64,000 bases of DNA, taken from assembly GCF_964355755.1 (NCBI RefSeq), contig NC_092672.1, positions 21,527,237 to 21,591,236 on the forward strand, read 5' to 3'. The position numbers and the translations under genes are program-made. This DNA comes from Antedon mediterranea. Lineage: Eukaryota > Animalia > Echinodermata. Of this stretch, positions 11,816 through 24,844 are shown piece after piece. Each line of letters begins with the position of its first letter. The first letter of the stretch is position 1. The notes under the pieces are model-generated. The model saw only the letters and a list, made by a program, of their open reading frames with translations, was not told where the DNA came from and made no database searches.

Positions 11816-14300
11816 TAAAGTACTGTATATCCGTTTTGAAATACAAGATTAACTTAAAATTGTAATATGATTAGGTAAATAACCCATCATGAATGATTAA
11901 TTAATGGCGTATGTGAGATGGCTTATAATTAATGAGCAACCTTTTTAAGAATCATGCTCTAAACCTTTACTAGAATTCAAATTACTAATTATATTAAGCA
12001 CTTCTGTTTCAGATATAAATGAGAGGCTTTATGGGAGGTAGTAATTAAGAGATTAGGTCTTTGGTATTTTTATGTTAGAATTACAGAGTTTTACACATTT
12101 TTGAAAAATAATTTAATTACATTCTGGCTAATTAGGTTTGTATCATAAAAATATTCATCATTAATTTGTTAAACATGAGGTGTATTTTTACTTTCTTTAC
12201 CGGGATTAATTACAGAATGTATTACTTCTCATTTTTTATGTTACATTTAATCTGATTGAATTTAGTTTTGTAGCATTTTTTTCTTTGAAATTTTACAGAG
12301 TGCAGTAATATTGTTGCTATACTTTTTATATCTTGAGATATTTGAACATTTATGAATTTGTTAAAGTTTATGCTTATGTTTACTAACTTTGTTTAGATGG
12401 TGTAGGTAGAGTGGTGTCGTCCATAGTTGCAGGCTCCGTTAGACCACCTCTGGGCCTTGTAAAATTGCAGTAATATTACCGTCACGGTCGTACTGTAAGC
12501 CTGATTTGTGTGAAGAGTCCACGATATAAGGCCTGCTTACGCAGCGAAGCATTGATAAATTCGGGACATTTTACTTGATTGAGAAAGACTGTGGCAATTA
12601 TTTTAGGCCAAATTATTAGATAATATCAATATGTATTTTTTAGGTTAAATAATACAATGGAAGAATACGGGCAATAATAATAAAAATATAACAGATGTTG
12701 GTCCAAAGATTATTTAACTTGCTGTAACGTACGTAAGCCTAGGCCCTAGTTAGCATAGTTCTAGCGGGAATATCCTGTAGTGTGCGCGCCTGGTGCTAGC
12801 TCATAACAGCTTCTGATAATTAAATTTGCGTCTATTTGTAGGCCTAATAGATGTTGTTTCTGTATAATGGCCATCACGATCAGGCAGTTTTAGCACGGAG
12901 TGGTGTTGAGCAAAAATATAGGTTTTATGCATCATAATAAAAACCAATAAAACTAAACGACGGACACACCAAACATCATCAGTAAACATGTGCGCGCATG
13001 GCATGTTTCGTCGGCAGTGCCCTCCATTTTTTTTTTCTAAAAAAGTGCGACCTCTATTTTATGAAGACAGTAATCTTTAAATATTGCGCCTTTTCACTGT
13101 GGCCTTTCACACAGAAAATGGTAATGGCAATGGCAATAATACCGGCTTTCTTACTGGGATAATGCCGCAATTCTATGTGAAAAGGGCTTAATTCAGTCTG
13201 AATGGTCAGGAACGTCAACTATATTCAATTATTTTTTAAATAGGTAAATGATCAGAGATGTCTGAATTGTAATACCCGATAAAATATCAAAATTAGTAGG
13301 CCTATTGTTTGTTTAAAAATAATCAATAAGTTCTGCATTAGTTTTTGTAATTCTCGTTGGTTTAGAAATCGTAGGGAAAAAAGTACAATAGTTGATAAGA
13401 TGATATAAAACAATTATTAAATAGATTATGCTTATTAAATTTGATTACAACAATTAATTTATAATAACCGCAAAATGTTCTATGTTATTTAGATTTCAGT
13501 TGACTTGTAAATAAAGCCAATTATAGAATTCTTTTTTGTTTAATGATTTATAAAAAGCGAACCTCATATAGTTCTTTTGTCAATAATAAATCTGGTTATA
13601 TTTTGTAATAAAAAAAAAATCAATAATTGTGTTCTGAAATGTTCATAACAGTTTTATTAAATACATTATGCGTATGACAAAGGTGGTAATTTGTTTAGAA
13701 TTTCTGAATCATAAACTATCAATTGTACATTTTACCTACTTACTGTAAGTCATGACCAACATATAGTATATATGTTTAAAGATTACCATTTTTAATCATT
13801 TTCCTTCATTAAATGCTTTTTCTGGATGTCGGCAGCCGGCATAAAAGTGTGTTGCCTTCATAGCCTTAGCTTTTCGAATTACAATGGATCTCTGCGGCTG
13901 CGCCTATAAATGATAATGTGTCTTAGGCATACTGTAGATCTTCACCTTGATTTTTCCAGTTCAGTGTGCATTTTTCAATCAAAATATTATTTAAGCCAAG
14001 ATCAGTTTTACATATGTCCTTTACAAGTTGCATTGGATCTTTTCCTTGATGTCACCAAATCTTAGGCTGTAGCTTCTAGAATGCCTTTCAACTCTTAGCA
14101 ATTCAGCTTCCATGTAGCTATTGTATCCTGATCCTGTTTAGATTTGATGTTTCACACATTCATGTCAAATTATCCGTTGTAGCTTTAAATTTATCCTTAA
14201 GTTTACTTTGAACATGCTTTGAAGTTCCATAACATTTCTGTTTAGCAATTCTTGTTAGCCTTGCTTTAGTGATGCTCTTTCCTTGTCAATCCTAGTATTT
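11000..14300 (-). pseudogene. Ancient, heavily deleted LINE (ORF1 and RT remnants)
   Basis: Minus-strand remnants: MEAELLRVERHSRSYSLRFGDIKE and RSIVIRKAKAMK (ORF1-like, ~13830-14115); HAFLELTN...FLDLSK/FDVV (RT, ~11630-11735); QYCNIVWAG (~11290-11320). The same relic is present in the paralogous blocks at ~29570-30150 and ~31940-32340. Confidence 0.7.
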
Positions 14301-17160
14301 ATCAGCTGCTAAACTACCCATTTCACCACTCAATGCATTCATTCAACATTTTTTACTTGGGGTACCCGAGTCTAGGACTCTCTCTTCTTCTCCATCTGGA
14401 CACTACAGAGCCAACTTTCAAGTCCTACTAGTTCTTTACGCATTGTCTGCCAGCTCTGAAACATTGCATGCATATACTAGGGGAATAGGTGAACAAAGCT
14501 ATAGAGAGAAAATGTTCATACTTCAATCGTCAATTATGACGTCATAAACATGGTACCAATCGAAAAAAATGCGATTTATAAAGTACTACTCCTCCCTTAT
14601 TCGTTGTAGTACTTCTGCTCCCGGAAATAGCAAAAAATAACCGTATTTGGTAGCAAGGTTATTGATGTGTATGTGACGTTACATCCCGTCTTCTGACGTC
14701 ATTACAGCTTCTTTTGCTGTACCCCGAGTATCGCACATTCGTGCTTGTTTATTCATAGCATGTTCAGTAGGCTCAGTTTTTTTACCTATACTATGAATTT
14801 GTGTTTTTCTTGTATTCATAGTTCGAGATAAAGCACTAATAATGTGTTATGAATACTCAGGCTTATATTCTTAGTAAAATGTAATGACTTTAGAATGACC
14901 AACTGTTGGGAATTAAATATTATGCAGAGCAAGTATGTCTTCACTCAGAGATGTCCATAGCCCTTTAATTTTACTGTAAATAAGAATTTGAGTTCTCTAC
15001 ACTAAAGGTTATTCACATGACAGTATGTAATATCTATAGGTAACTTTATTCCCCCCAAAAAAATTACAGTATGTAATAGTGATATGTAAAAGGAATTTAA
15101 ATAATAAAGCATAATAATCAGAAATAGAAAAATTTATTTAATTTATTCAAATTGTTCAATACAATTTAAAATATTTAAAATTCTTTGAGTATTATCACAA
15201 ATAAATAATTTTTTCAATTTGTAGCATTCAAAATACAGTAGGAGGGTTTGTTTATAATTTTATAATTATATTACTCGATGGGTTGGCACCCAAAAATTAT
15301 TATTTTTACTCTATCTTTGGTATTGCATTCTTTAAAAATTACCTTTTTTTTCCAATGAGCTTGCCTGAATCTTCGACTGTCTGGTGTTTTCGCTTCTCCT
15401 TCTCCTTCCTTTTTATTTGGATATATATCGTATTTTGTATCATCTTCTTCCCAACTTTTTTATTATTTTTTTCTGGGAGCCTAGGCGTAAAGTTTTTAAA
15501 CTTATATAGGTTTCTTTCCACACATACTATGTTTTTTATTGGTTATCACATTAAGTGTTTATATAATTATTATTTTATGTATTTTTAATATATGTGAGGA
15601 GAACATTTATTGAATATTTATTGAATATTGAACAAATTAAATCACAAGTGTTTACATAATTATTATTTTATGTATTTTTGTGTATTTATTGAATATTGAA
15701 TAAACAAATAAAAAATCAAATAAAAAAAATCATAATATAATAAAGTTGTGTATGTATGCTAAAAATGCCTTAGTAAACATGTTGTATATGAATACCATTG
15801 GGCTACTGGATTAAATTTTGGTTTATATCTAGTAGGAATACAATTAATGTGCATTACTAGAGTAAGCTAAGCTAGTGGCATGTTTTGAAATTAAAATGAC
15901 CATTTTGATTAACTGGCATATATACAGTAAATGAAAGTGTGAAACTATTGTTTAATAGTGAGTACGGTAGGTGTACTATTTAAATGTTATGATTTTCGAA
16001 AAACCAAATGATGGTTACATCACCAATAGAGTTAGCCTAGGCATCTAGGCTTATAATAGGCCTACTAGACAATATGTGAAAAAGTAATTAAATAAAATAC
16101 TTTTTGTCTTTTTCTATTTGGACATTGGAATCAATCATAAATACATTTATATTTTTTTTTCTGTTACTTAGACATTTTTTCATTCATACTTCTTAAAGGA
16201 TGTCACTGTAGTAATGTCTAATAAGTGCCTCTAAATTATTGAATGCACTTCCTAATGATATCACATGTACCCCGATCTCAAGCAATTGTTTTCTGTATTT
16301 TAAGTAAAAAACTACCTTTCATCAAATTACTAGTATATTTTAAATGATTATTGTCAGCCGTTTTTCATCTCCTCTGCCGCATATGGCTACTAAATTCCAA
16401 TAATTACCATTTATATCGTTTAGTGTCTTTATGCTTCCTGTTTATTTGTTTGTTTTTTTTTGTATGTGTTTTGTTCTGTCTTTTTGTTTTATTGTACATG
16501 GCTTGCCCGCCACAAGTAACTTCTAGTTTAGCTTCTTCTTTTTAGCATTTAAAAAAAGTTTTATATGTTTATTTTTTGAAGCAAAAGTATATTTATTATT
16601 ATTTTAATTCTTTATTTTTGTCAAATGTTAACGTTCTATTTTAAAGAATAATAAATCTTACTTGAAGAAATGAAATGAATTTATAAATTATGGAACTATT
16701 AAGAAAGAAAACAAATCAAATAGTTTATTCATATCGATATTGCAAAATTATTTTACAACTCTTTATAGAGTATTTATTGAAAAACTCATTTTATGTGTTA
16801 TTATTACTACTTCTTTAAATTGTATTAATCTATTAATCAATTTTTCCTGTTGTAATCTTTTGTGATCATTTTTAGATTTTATTTTGCATATGTTTTATGC
16901 ACACATTATGTTTGTGAACAAGCTCCATTACAAAAATGATTTTATTATTATTATTATATTATAACTTATAATATCAAGGTTCTTTTATTTTTGAATGAAT
17001 CCCAAAAGTTTGAGATCTGTTATTTGATGACCTCTCCCCCCCCACCCCCAACTAAACAAGTTCTAGATTACATCGTTCCTCTTGAGTTTATTTTGTAGTA
17101 TAAATGAAGCATGGCCTCCTGAGCTCCATTTGATTTTTTCAAAGTTAAAATAATATATAT
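13385..17160 (+). repeat. Segmental duplication block C, copy 1 (paralog ~31596-34604)
   Basis: Colinear identity, e.g. gaataccattgggctactggattaaattttgg (~15790/~33118) and gagcaagtatgtcttcactcagagatgtccatag (~14927/~32426). Confidence 0.9.
14354..14750 (+). mobile_element. HINE-like element
   Basis: subTIRs TACTTGGGGTAC / GTACCCCGAGTA, followed by a GCACattcGTGC stem-loop and TTGTTT. Absent from the paralog, although the deletion there is larger. Confidence 0.6.
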
Positions 17161-17522
17161 ACTAAAAGGAAAATAATATGTGTTACTAAAGTCACGTATC
17201 CATGGTGATTGTGATGACAGGCCCCAATTCTATACTATACATGATATTACGATACTATCTGAATTAAATATTCAGCCAGTGTGCAAAAACTTCTGGATAC
17301 TATTTAAGTTGATTATCAATGACTTAAACAACTTAGCATTCCTATAATGCTATAACGCCTTTTTAATGTTTATATTATATAATGCTTTTTTTTATATACA
17401 CATTATTATACATGGATAAAACATGCAATTGATTTAACATGTTAAATTGATTATTCTAATTACAATTTTTGTTGTAGTGTGTAGTATTGATAAAATTGTT
17501 AGATTTTTGGTAGGCATGTTAT

Positions 17523-19050
17523 TATGCATAGAAACACATGACCTTTTTGTACGACAATTAAAAAAAGCATTATAGTGAACAAAAACTATGATGCCAAGTT
17601 GGTGCTCTTGGCAGAAATTTCTTTAAGGATTGTTGTATTTTCTTGAGAAATCAGTAGATCAGAAATATTTAAAAAACAATAATTAAAATGAAGTTGCAAC
17701 AATTTGAATATCATTTATTAGTAGGAATGTACAAAAGCCCTAAACTCATACTTACAGTGAGAGCTCACACATTTCATTTTACATACACATGCACTTGAAA
17801 ATGAAAGTTACACAATGATGACACATTATCTTCAAAACAAATGTAAATGTACTTTACATTAATTGTTTCTCCACTTAACTGTTTTCATAGTCACATATTA
17901 TCATTTATATGGGACTGTTTTGTACTACAATTCTTTATGCTGTTATCAAAATGACTTTATACTATACTGCAATATTTACATTGATCTTCTGTTCTGGTAA
18001 AGTAGACCCTATCATAGAGGCTTACACTATGTATATCAAGGTCTACTCGCCCTAATTTGGCCAACATTTTCGGCCAACATTTTCGGTCAACATTTTCGGC
18101 CGCTATAAATGTATTGGCCACGAAACATTAATTATATTACTCAAAATTTGCGCCACCTTAATTCTGTAGTATTTGTCCATAGTATTTCAAGAACGAATTC
18201 TGCCCATTATAATATTTTTAATTCATTTCCACGTCTGTTCATAACTTGCCTCCAAATGTTAAAGTTAGTCTAGTTAGTTTTAGATAGTTTTCCCTTTCTT
18301 CATTTATATATTCACTTAAGAAAAACTTGCCTCAAATACCTGTCTGAACTCAATGAAATGTGAAATGTTATTTTAAACTGTTTTTCTGTATTTACGTTTA
18401 TTTAATTTTTACACTTTAGGGGTGTCATACTTTATTTCATCGTTCACACCAACAGTTGATTGAATGTAATGTTTAAATATTATCTACTCAACAAAAATAT
18501 GTTCCATTTGTATAATGTATAGTAATAAATTAATAAACCTTACATTATTCTTTCTTTGCGCATCTAAATACCTTATAAAGTATGAATACACATGTGGTTG
18601 ATAACCACAATAAAATAAAATATAGATAAATTGGCCAGACATGACATACATGTTCTTTTAATTCTAATTGGTACACATACTGGCCCACATCTTTCTGTTT
18701 CACTACATCATACTGGTCCTGCCAGTTGAATCTATTTCTACAGAGCAATCTCACTATCTAAACAAATTCCGAAACTTATTTAAAAGGTGAGATTCTATGG
18801 TGTTTTCTGTCTGCAAATAACTTTCTGAATTCCAATAATTCAGACAACAATGAATAAAAATAAACAAGAAATAATTTTTACTGTAAAAAAAGACTTTCTG
18901 AGATAACAGTTTTAATTATTGTTCTTTCTTCATAAAATGATAATTTCTAAATTGATATTCTATTTAATAATTTAAGAAATAAAGATTTTTTATCAATTAT
19001 TTTTGTTTAAAAATCAGTAGTAAACATTTTGTGTAACATATAAATGTAGT
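17523..19050 (+). repeat. Segmental duplication block D, copy 1 (paralog 62481-64000, running off the window)
   Basis: Near-identical throughout. The 13-bp unit ccaacattttcgg occurs three times at ~18060 and once at ~63038. Confidence 0.95.
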
Positions 19051-19295
19051 TTGAATTACTATAGACTATAGTACTATGCATATTCTGAGTGGCATTACTC
19101 CCTAAGGTTGGAGTGACCCACTCATACCCACAAACATTTCAGTGAACAAAAAATGTATAATTTTCCATGAGCCTTCGTTGTACAGCAGCAGCCGACAAAC
19201 ATACACACTAATCAAACAATTGTCATCTATATACACCCCATTCGGCAAAAATATTTACCATAGAGAAAGGATTGTTTTGACCATTATTCAATGAT

Positions 19296-22280
19296 ATGCA
19301 ATTATGCAATGAAGATAGGGCCGTGAAAATAAAAGACATTTACAGTAACAATATTTTAAACGAAACGTTAAACCTACCGCTCTTATTTGAAACTAACAAC
19401 TCGATTCAAGATGTAACCGGTACAACGGATGTTTTCACTGAAGACTGTTCAATATTTCAAAGACATGGTCTAAGTATTTTAAGTCTTAACATTGTTTCAC
19501 TTATAGGTAATTTTGACAATTTTAAACACATTATAGAAAATAATGAAATTGATGTTATATCTTTAAATGAAACTTGCCTTGATTATACTATTAGTAATAA
19601 TGATGTACGTATAAATGGCTATGATCTCTATCGTAAAGATCGTAACAGGGAAGGTGGAGGAGTTGCTGTGTACTTAAATCGCAACGGGAAGACTACTCAT
19701 AAGTTAAGACCAGATCTTATGAATGAACATTTGGAAATGTCTATTATTGAAATTAAACAACTAAATTCAAAACCATTCCTCCTTTTATCATGGTATAGAC
19801 CCCCAAATTCTGATATGCAGATCTTTGAGAGAATAGAAAAAGTACTAGAGAATGTTGAAAGTACAAATTTAGAATATATGATAATTGGGGATGTAAATTG
19901 TGACACTCATTCTAAAAACCTATCTTGTTATACTAAAAAATTAATTGATATTGCTAAAAATTTTCATCTAACTCAATTAATAACTGAGCCAACGAGAATC
20001 ACAGAAAATAGTAGTACTTTAATAGACCATATTTACACAACAGTTCCTAATAGTATCTCCAAATCAGGTGTTTTACATACAGGTATCAGTGACCATTCTG
20101 CTATCTATGTAATTGTTGGTAAACAAGAAAAGTGTAAAGCTCATAAGCATAAATATAAAACAAGTAGAAACTACAAACATTTTAATGAAAATGAATTTAA
20201 AAGGGATATTGAAAAAATAAACTGGCAAGAAATTCAACATTATAATGATATTGATGACGCTACATATTTTTTCGAATCTAATTTTCTTAAAATTGCTAAT
20301 GATTATGCCCCGCTAAAAAAGAAGAGGGTGCGAAACAAAACTAGTCCTTGGCTAACAGATGATCTAGTTAGGTCTATGCGTGAGCGTGATGTACTAAAAA
20401 AGAAAGCATCTAAAACTAATACACCTGAAATGTGGGCTCAATACAAACTAAGTAAAAATAAGGTAAATGCTGAAATAAAGAAATGTAAAAAAGAATATTT
20501 TTCTAAACAATTAGATACAAAAGATTCAAAGAAAATATGGGAAACTTTAAGATATATTGTCCCAGCAAAGAGTATAAACACTGAAATATCAAACTTAAAA
20601 ACAAATTATAACAAACTAACAGCAGACTCTTCTAAAATAGCCAACAATTTAAACAAATATTTTTCTAAAATAGGACCTGACCTTGCAAAAAACATCCCAC
20701 CAGAAATTCCTAGATTACTTATTGTAAATAATACTAATCAAAGTAGGGACCTACTTAAATTTAGTTTTGTTAATCAGTAATATATTTATAAACAATTAAA
20801 CGCACTCGATGTTAGTAAAGCGACAGGCTTAGATGAGCTTCCAGCTAAAATGCTGAAGTTGGTTATTGATCAAAACGTTGGACCTCTCACTTATTTGGTA
20901 AATCTCTCACTCTCAACCAGTACTTTTCCAAAAAGATGGAAATGTGCCAAAATATGCCCAGTGTTTAAAGGGGGAGATAGGACTGAAGCTAGCAACTACA
21001 GACCCATATCAATTTTACCGATTCTTTCTAAAATTATCGAGAGGGTTGTATTTTATCAGGTCTATCAATTTATTAACTCAAAAAATATGATTTATGCTTA
21101 CCAATCAGGATTTCGTCCTAATTTCTCTACTGTATCTTCATTATTAAACATTACAGAAGATTGGATAAATGATATTGATTGTGGGAAGTATATAGGTTTA
21201 GTCATGCTTGATCTGAAAAAAGCTTTCGACACGGTAGACCATACCATACTTATAGACAAGCTAAAATCATTTAACTTAGATGTCTCTATTATAAATTGGT
21301 TTAAAGACTATCTTTGTGATCGTACGCACTTAACACAAGTAAATGGTGTCCGATCAGATAAATGCTATAGTAATTGTGGAATCCCCCAAGGATCAATTTT
21401 GGGACCACTCTTATTTATACTTTATGTAAATGATCTACCAAAGCATGTAAATAGTGTACAGATTAGTATGTATGCAGATGATACAGCTCTTTACTTTGCA
21501 TCTTCTGATATAAATGAAGTACTTGCAAAAATTAATGAAGATTAAAAAAAAATCAAATCATGGCTAGCAAGTAACAAGCTTAGTCTAAATGTAAATAAAA
21601 CTCAGTGTATGTTTATAGGAACACAACAAAGGCTTGCAACATTAGCAAACATTGATCTAAATTTAAACATAGACAATGTTCGGCTACAAAGAGTAAAAAG
21701 CTGTAAACATCTAGGTGTTGTTATTGATGAATATTTACTGTGGGATAAACAAATAGATAATGTTAAAAGTAAAGTATTGCCAGGCTTGTACTACTTAAAA
21801 AAATCTTCAAATCTCGTCCCAAAACATGTATCTTGCTTAATGTATAATAGTATTATCTCTCCACAGTTTAACTATTGTAATATTGTGTGGGGCAGATCAA
21901 ATAAAAAAAATACTAATAAACTACAAATGCTACAAAACAGAGCAGCCAAAATTAATACAAAAACAAGGAAATACGACTCAAGTACACAAGCCCTGCAAAA
22001 CTTAAACTGGATAAATCTTAATACTCAACTACATAATAATGAAGCCAAAATGTTATATAAAATATTCCATAATCAAGCACCACCATATCTAAACGAACTA
22101 TTTACACCCAAACTAGACACATACAATACAAGATCAAAGGATGTATTAAAATTGAATAAACCCAAAACAGAATATAAAAAAAAAAGTTTTTCATATCATG
22201 GTGCTAGTTTATGGAATACTCTAAAAAAACCAATGCAAAATGCCACAAATTTGAATACTTTCAAAAAATTATTGGTGTGA
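19296..22280 (+). pseudogene. LINE ORF2 in a single frame interrupted by two in-frame TAA codons
   Basis: The three track ORFs (19296, 20850, 21609) share one frame. Reading through the stops at 20778 and 21543 gives LNALDVSKATGLDELPAKML and IKSWLASNKLSLNVNKT, both typical LINE motifs. Confidence 0.9.
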
Positions 22281-22510
22281 TTTATTATTTATTTTGTACT
22301 CTTATCACAAATGTAATTAAGGTTTCTGTTCATATATTTTTGTTCTCTAATTTGTTATTTTTAAAATGTGTTATTTTTAAAATTTGTTATTTTTAAAATT
22401 TGTTATTTTTAAATGTGTAATGTACTACTGTTAGTTGATCACGGCCTTGTAGAAGAACACCTTTATGGTGACACAAGCTTTTCCGTGTTAAAGTATTTAT
22501 TATTATTATT
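19296..22510 (+). mobile_element. Non-LTR retrotransposon (CR1/L2-group LINE): ORF2 with APE endonuclease and reverse transcriptase, 3' UTR and (ATT)n tail
   Basis: APE motifs SLNIVSL, ISLNET, GGGVAVY, YRPP, GDVN, LIDHI, ISDH. RT motifs NYRPISIL, YQSGFR, LDLKKAFDTVDH, GIPQGSILGP, YADDT. Tail tttattattattatt at ~22496-22510. Confidence 0.95.
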
Positions 22511-23580
22511 ATATATATGATGGTAATTATACTTGACCTCTATGTTGACAGCCAAAACACAGTTATTGTTTATTGAACATAGGTCTTACAAACTAATGTC
22601 TGCATACTGTACATATATCAAAGACCCTATGTGCACATGCCCAGTTTGAGTTTACAAATTCCCATTTAGACTTTCTTACCAGACGTGCTTTGGGGTGTGC
22701 TCATGCCCAGTTTGTGTTTCTATATACCCATTTTTTCAGCCTCAGTAATCTATTATAAGCTTCTGCATGGCTAATGCTTCCGTTCTCTTGAATGTAACTG
22801 ACTAAAGGACTGGTGCGAAAATTATTGTTTACTTTTGAAAATTAACTTTTTTTATTTATTTTATTTACTGAAGTATAAAAAATGTTGATGGGATAATCAA
22901 TGATTATGGAACATACAGCACTTTATTTGTTTATTGGTATACTCCTGGTGAGCATGGTCTACTATGAAAGTTTAGCCCCAGTGAATATTATTCACATCCT
23001 ATACACAATATATTGAACTTTTTGTCTTGAATGTTCATCAAAATAATATATTAATATCAGATTATTTATTTTTGTTTTAAATTAGTTATATAGGATTTAT
23101 ATAATTTTTTATTAGATAATTGTTAGTTGCATTAAATTTGTTTGAAATATCAGTATGTATACATATGAATAAATAATGTTTATTATTTCTTTTATAATTA
23201 CTGTATAATGTCTTATTTCCAGTGATTGTTTTTGTTATATCCTTGAAATAAAAAGAATATAACATTTTTTTTGGTGTAAATTTTAATCATTTTAATAAGT
23301 CAATTCAATAAATATAAAACACAAATAATAAAGATGTTATAAAATCTATTGAAATGTATAAATTTTAATATTTTTTACATTGATATGATTTGTTTGGCAT
23401 CAGCCAAACCTTCGCCCACTTTAAAGACAGGCTTGAGCTATCCAGGGAGGTATGAAAATGGTCATGGTATTTCTAAACTGTCCATTTGATCTAACAAATT
23501 TAAAAAATGAAAACATGTTTATACATGTATCTGTTATGTGGTTCAAAAAGATGTCTAAAATTAACTTGTTTATCTATTTT

Positions 23581-23679
23581 AGTCGTGTGCAACGTGACTC
23601 TACAGCTCACTATGTTGGTCGGTCGGTAAACACTAACTCAAATTTGCGCACACGACTGCAGCCATGTATATGGCCTTGT
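23581..23679 (+). mobile_element. Mini HINE-like element, related to the one at 10671; further copy at ~36617-36709
   Basis: ttttAGTCGTGTGcaaCGTGACT...ctcactatgttggtcggtcggtaaacactaactcaaatttg...CACACGACT...ggccttgttt. Confidence 0.7.
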
Positions 23680-23946
23680 TTTTTTATCAGATTAAACTCA
23701 ACATTAATATTGTTACAATCAATATTTAGACTAATTTGTGTATATCAAACCTCTTAAAACGAACAATGATTTGTTGGTACACTAACAAATCTTTCTTTAG
23801 AATAGTGCAGGCCATTATCTCTGATAATATAAAATAATAGATTTGCATTACATACAAAATAATAACCATGTGCAAGGCTTCCAATTGAAATGAAAGTACC
23901 AAAGCAATCGATAAAATAGGATATGCTACACTCACAATAACTTGTA

Positions 23947-24260
23947 TTATATAACACCTATATAAATTCCTGTCATTTGATTGGACGAATGTGGGTCACA
24001 TGGCGTGCCATAGTACGCACTATTCAACGATCGTTAAATAGTACTTTTTGAAACATTTTTGTGTACGAAAAAAAAACGTCTAGATGTTATATAAAACAAA
24101 TAATGAATGTTTTGTATTCGTGTAATGGTACAAATAATGGCACTTGGTGAATGATGAAAGGTTATATCAACTTGGCTTTGCCTCGTTGATATAACCTTTC
24201 ATCATTCACCTCGTGCCATTATTTGTACCATTGCACTCATAAACATTCATTATTTGTATA
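23947..24260. mobile_element. Non-autonomous element with a long terminal hairpin (Crypton-like)
   Basis: TTATATAACA/TGTTATATAA inverted pair and an ~80-bp-arm palindrome at 24090-24260. No TSD is visible. A half copy sits at ~39744-39826. Confidence 0.6.
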
Positions 24261-24700
24261 CTAGCTAATGCCACCATCACACCATACAGCAATGAACTAT
24301 TTCTTTGCTCTATGATCGCACAAAGGATAATTTAAATATATTAAAGTTTTAAACAACTGAGTTTTTTACTGAAAGTAAAAGTTGGTACACTAAACCAATC
24401 CAGTAAATTAATATTTAAACAATATTAAATTTAAAAAAAGTTAAATAATTTAAATACCAGGCAACAACATTTTTATGTAAAAACTGGAATAATAATAAAA
24501 ATGTATACAAAAGTAGAAATAAAATTTAAAAAAGCTAATTTGATAGTATTTGTGTGCATTGCGTATATGATCACACACACAGCAAATACAAGTTACAAAT
24601 TGAATTTGAAAATTGACACTTAATGGATGTATAATTATATAAAATATTAATTAACCAATAAATATGTAAAAGATGTAACTTGTATGATTTTATATTTTAG

Positions 24701-24799
24701 GTTGGACGCTCAGCTTTGCATTGGGCAGCTATGGCAGGTCACTCAGTCTGCTGTAACCTGCTGGTTGATGCAGGGTCAGACATCAATATCCAAGGCATA
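24701..24799 (+). CDS. Ankyrin-repeat exon 3 (99 nt, phase 0)
   Basis: tattttAG|GTT...ATA|GTAAGT. Translates to VGRSALHWAAMAGHSVCCNLLVDAGSDINIQGI. Confidence 0.93.
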
Positions 24800-24844
24800 G
24801 TAAGTTATACATTCTTTCATAGTCATATTTTTTGATATTTTGTA

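Noticed and set aside
15283-16545. Hydrophobic or lysine-rich short ORFs
   Set aside because: Compositional artefacts of T-rich low-complexity sequence; the frame is not kept in paralog C'.
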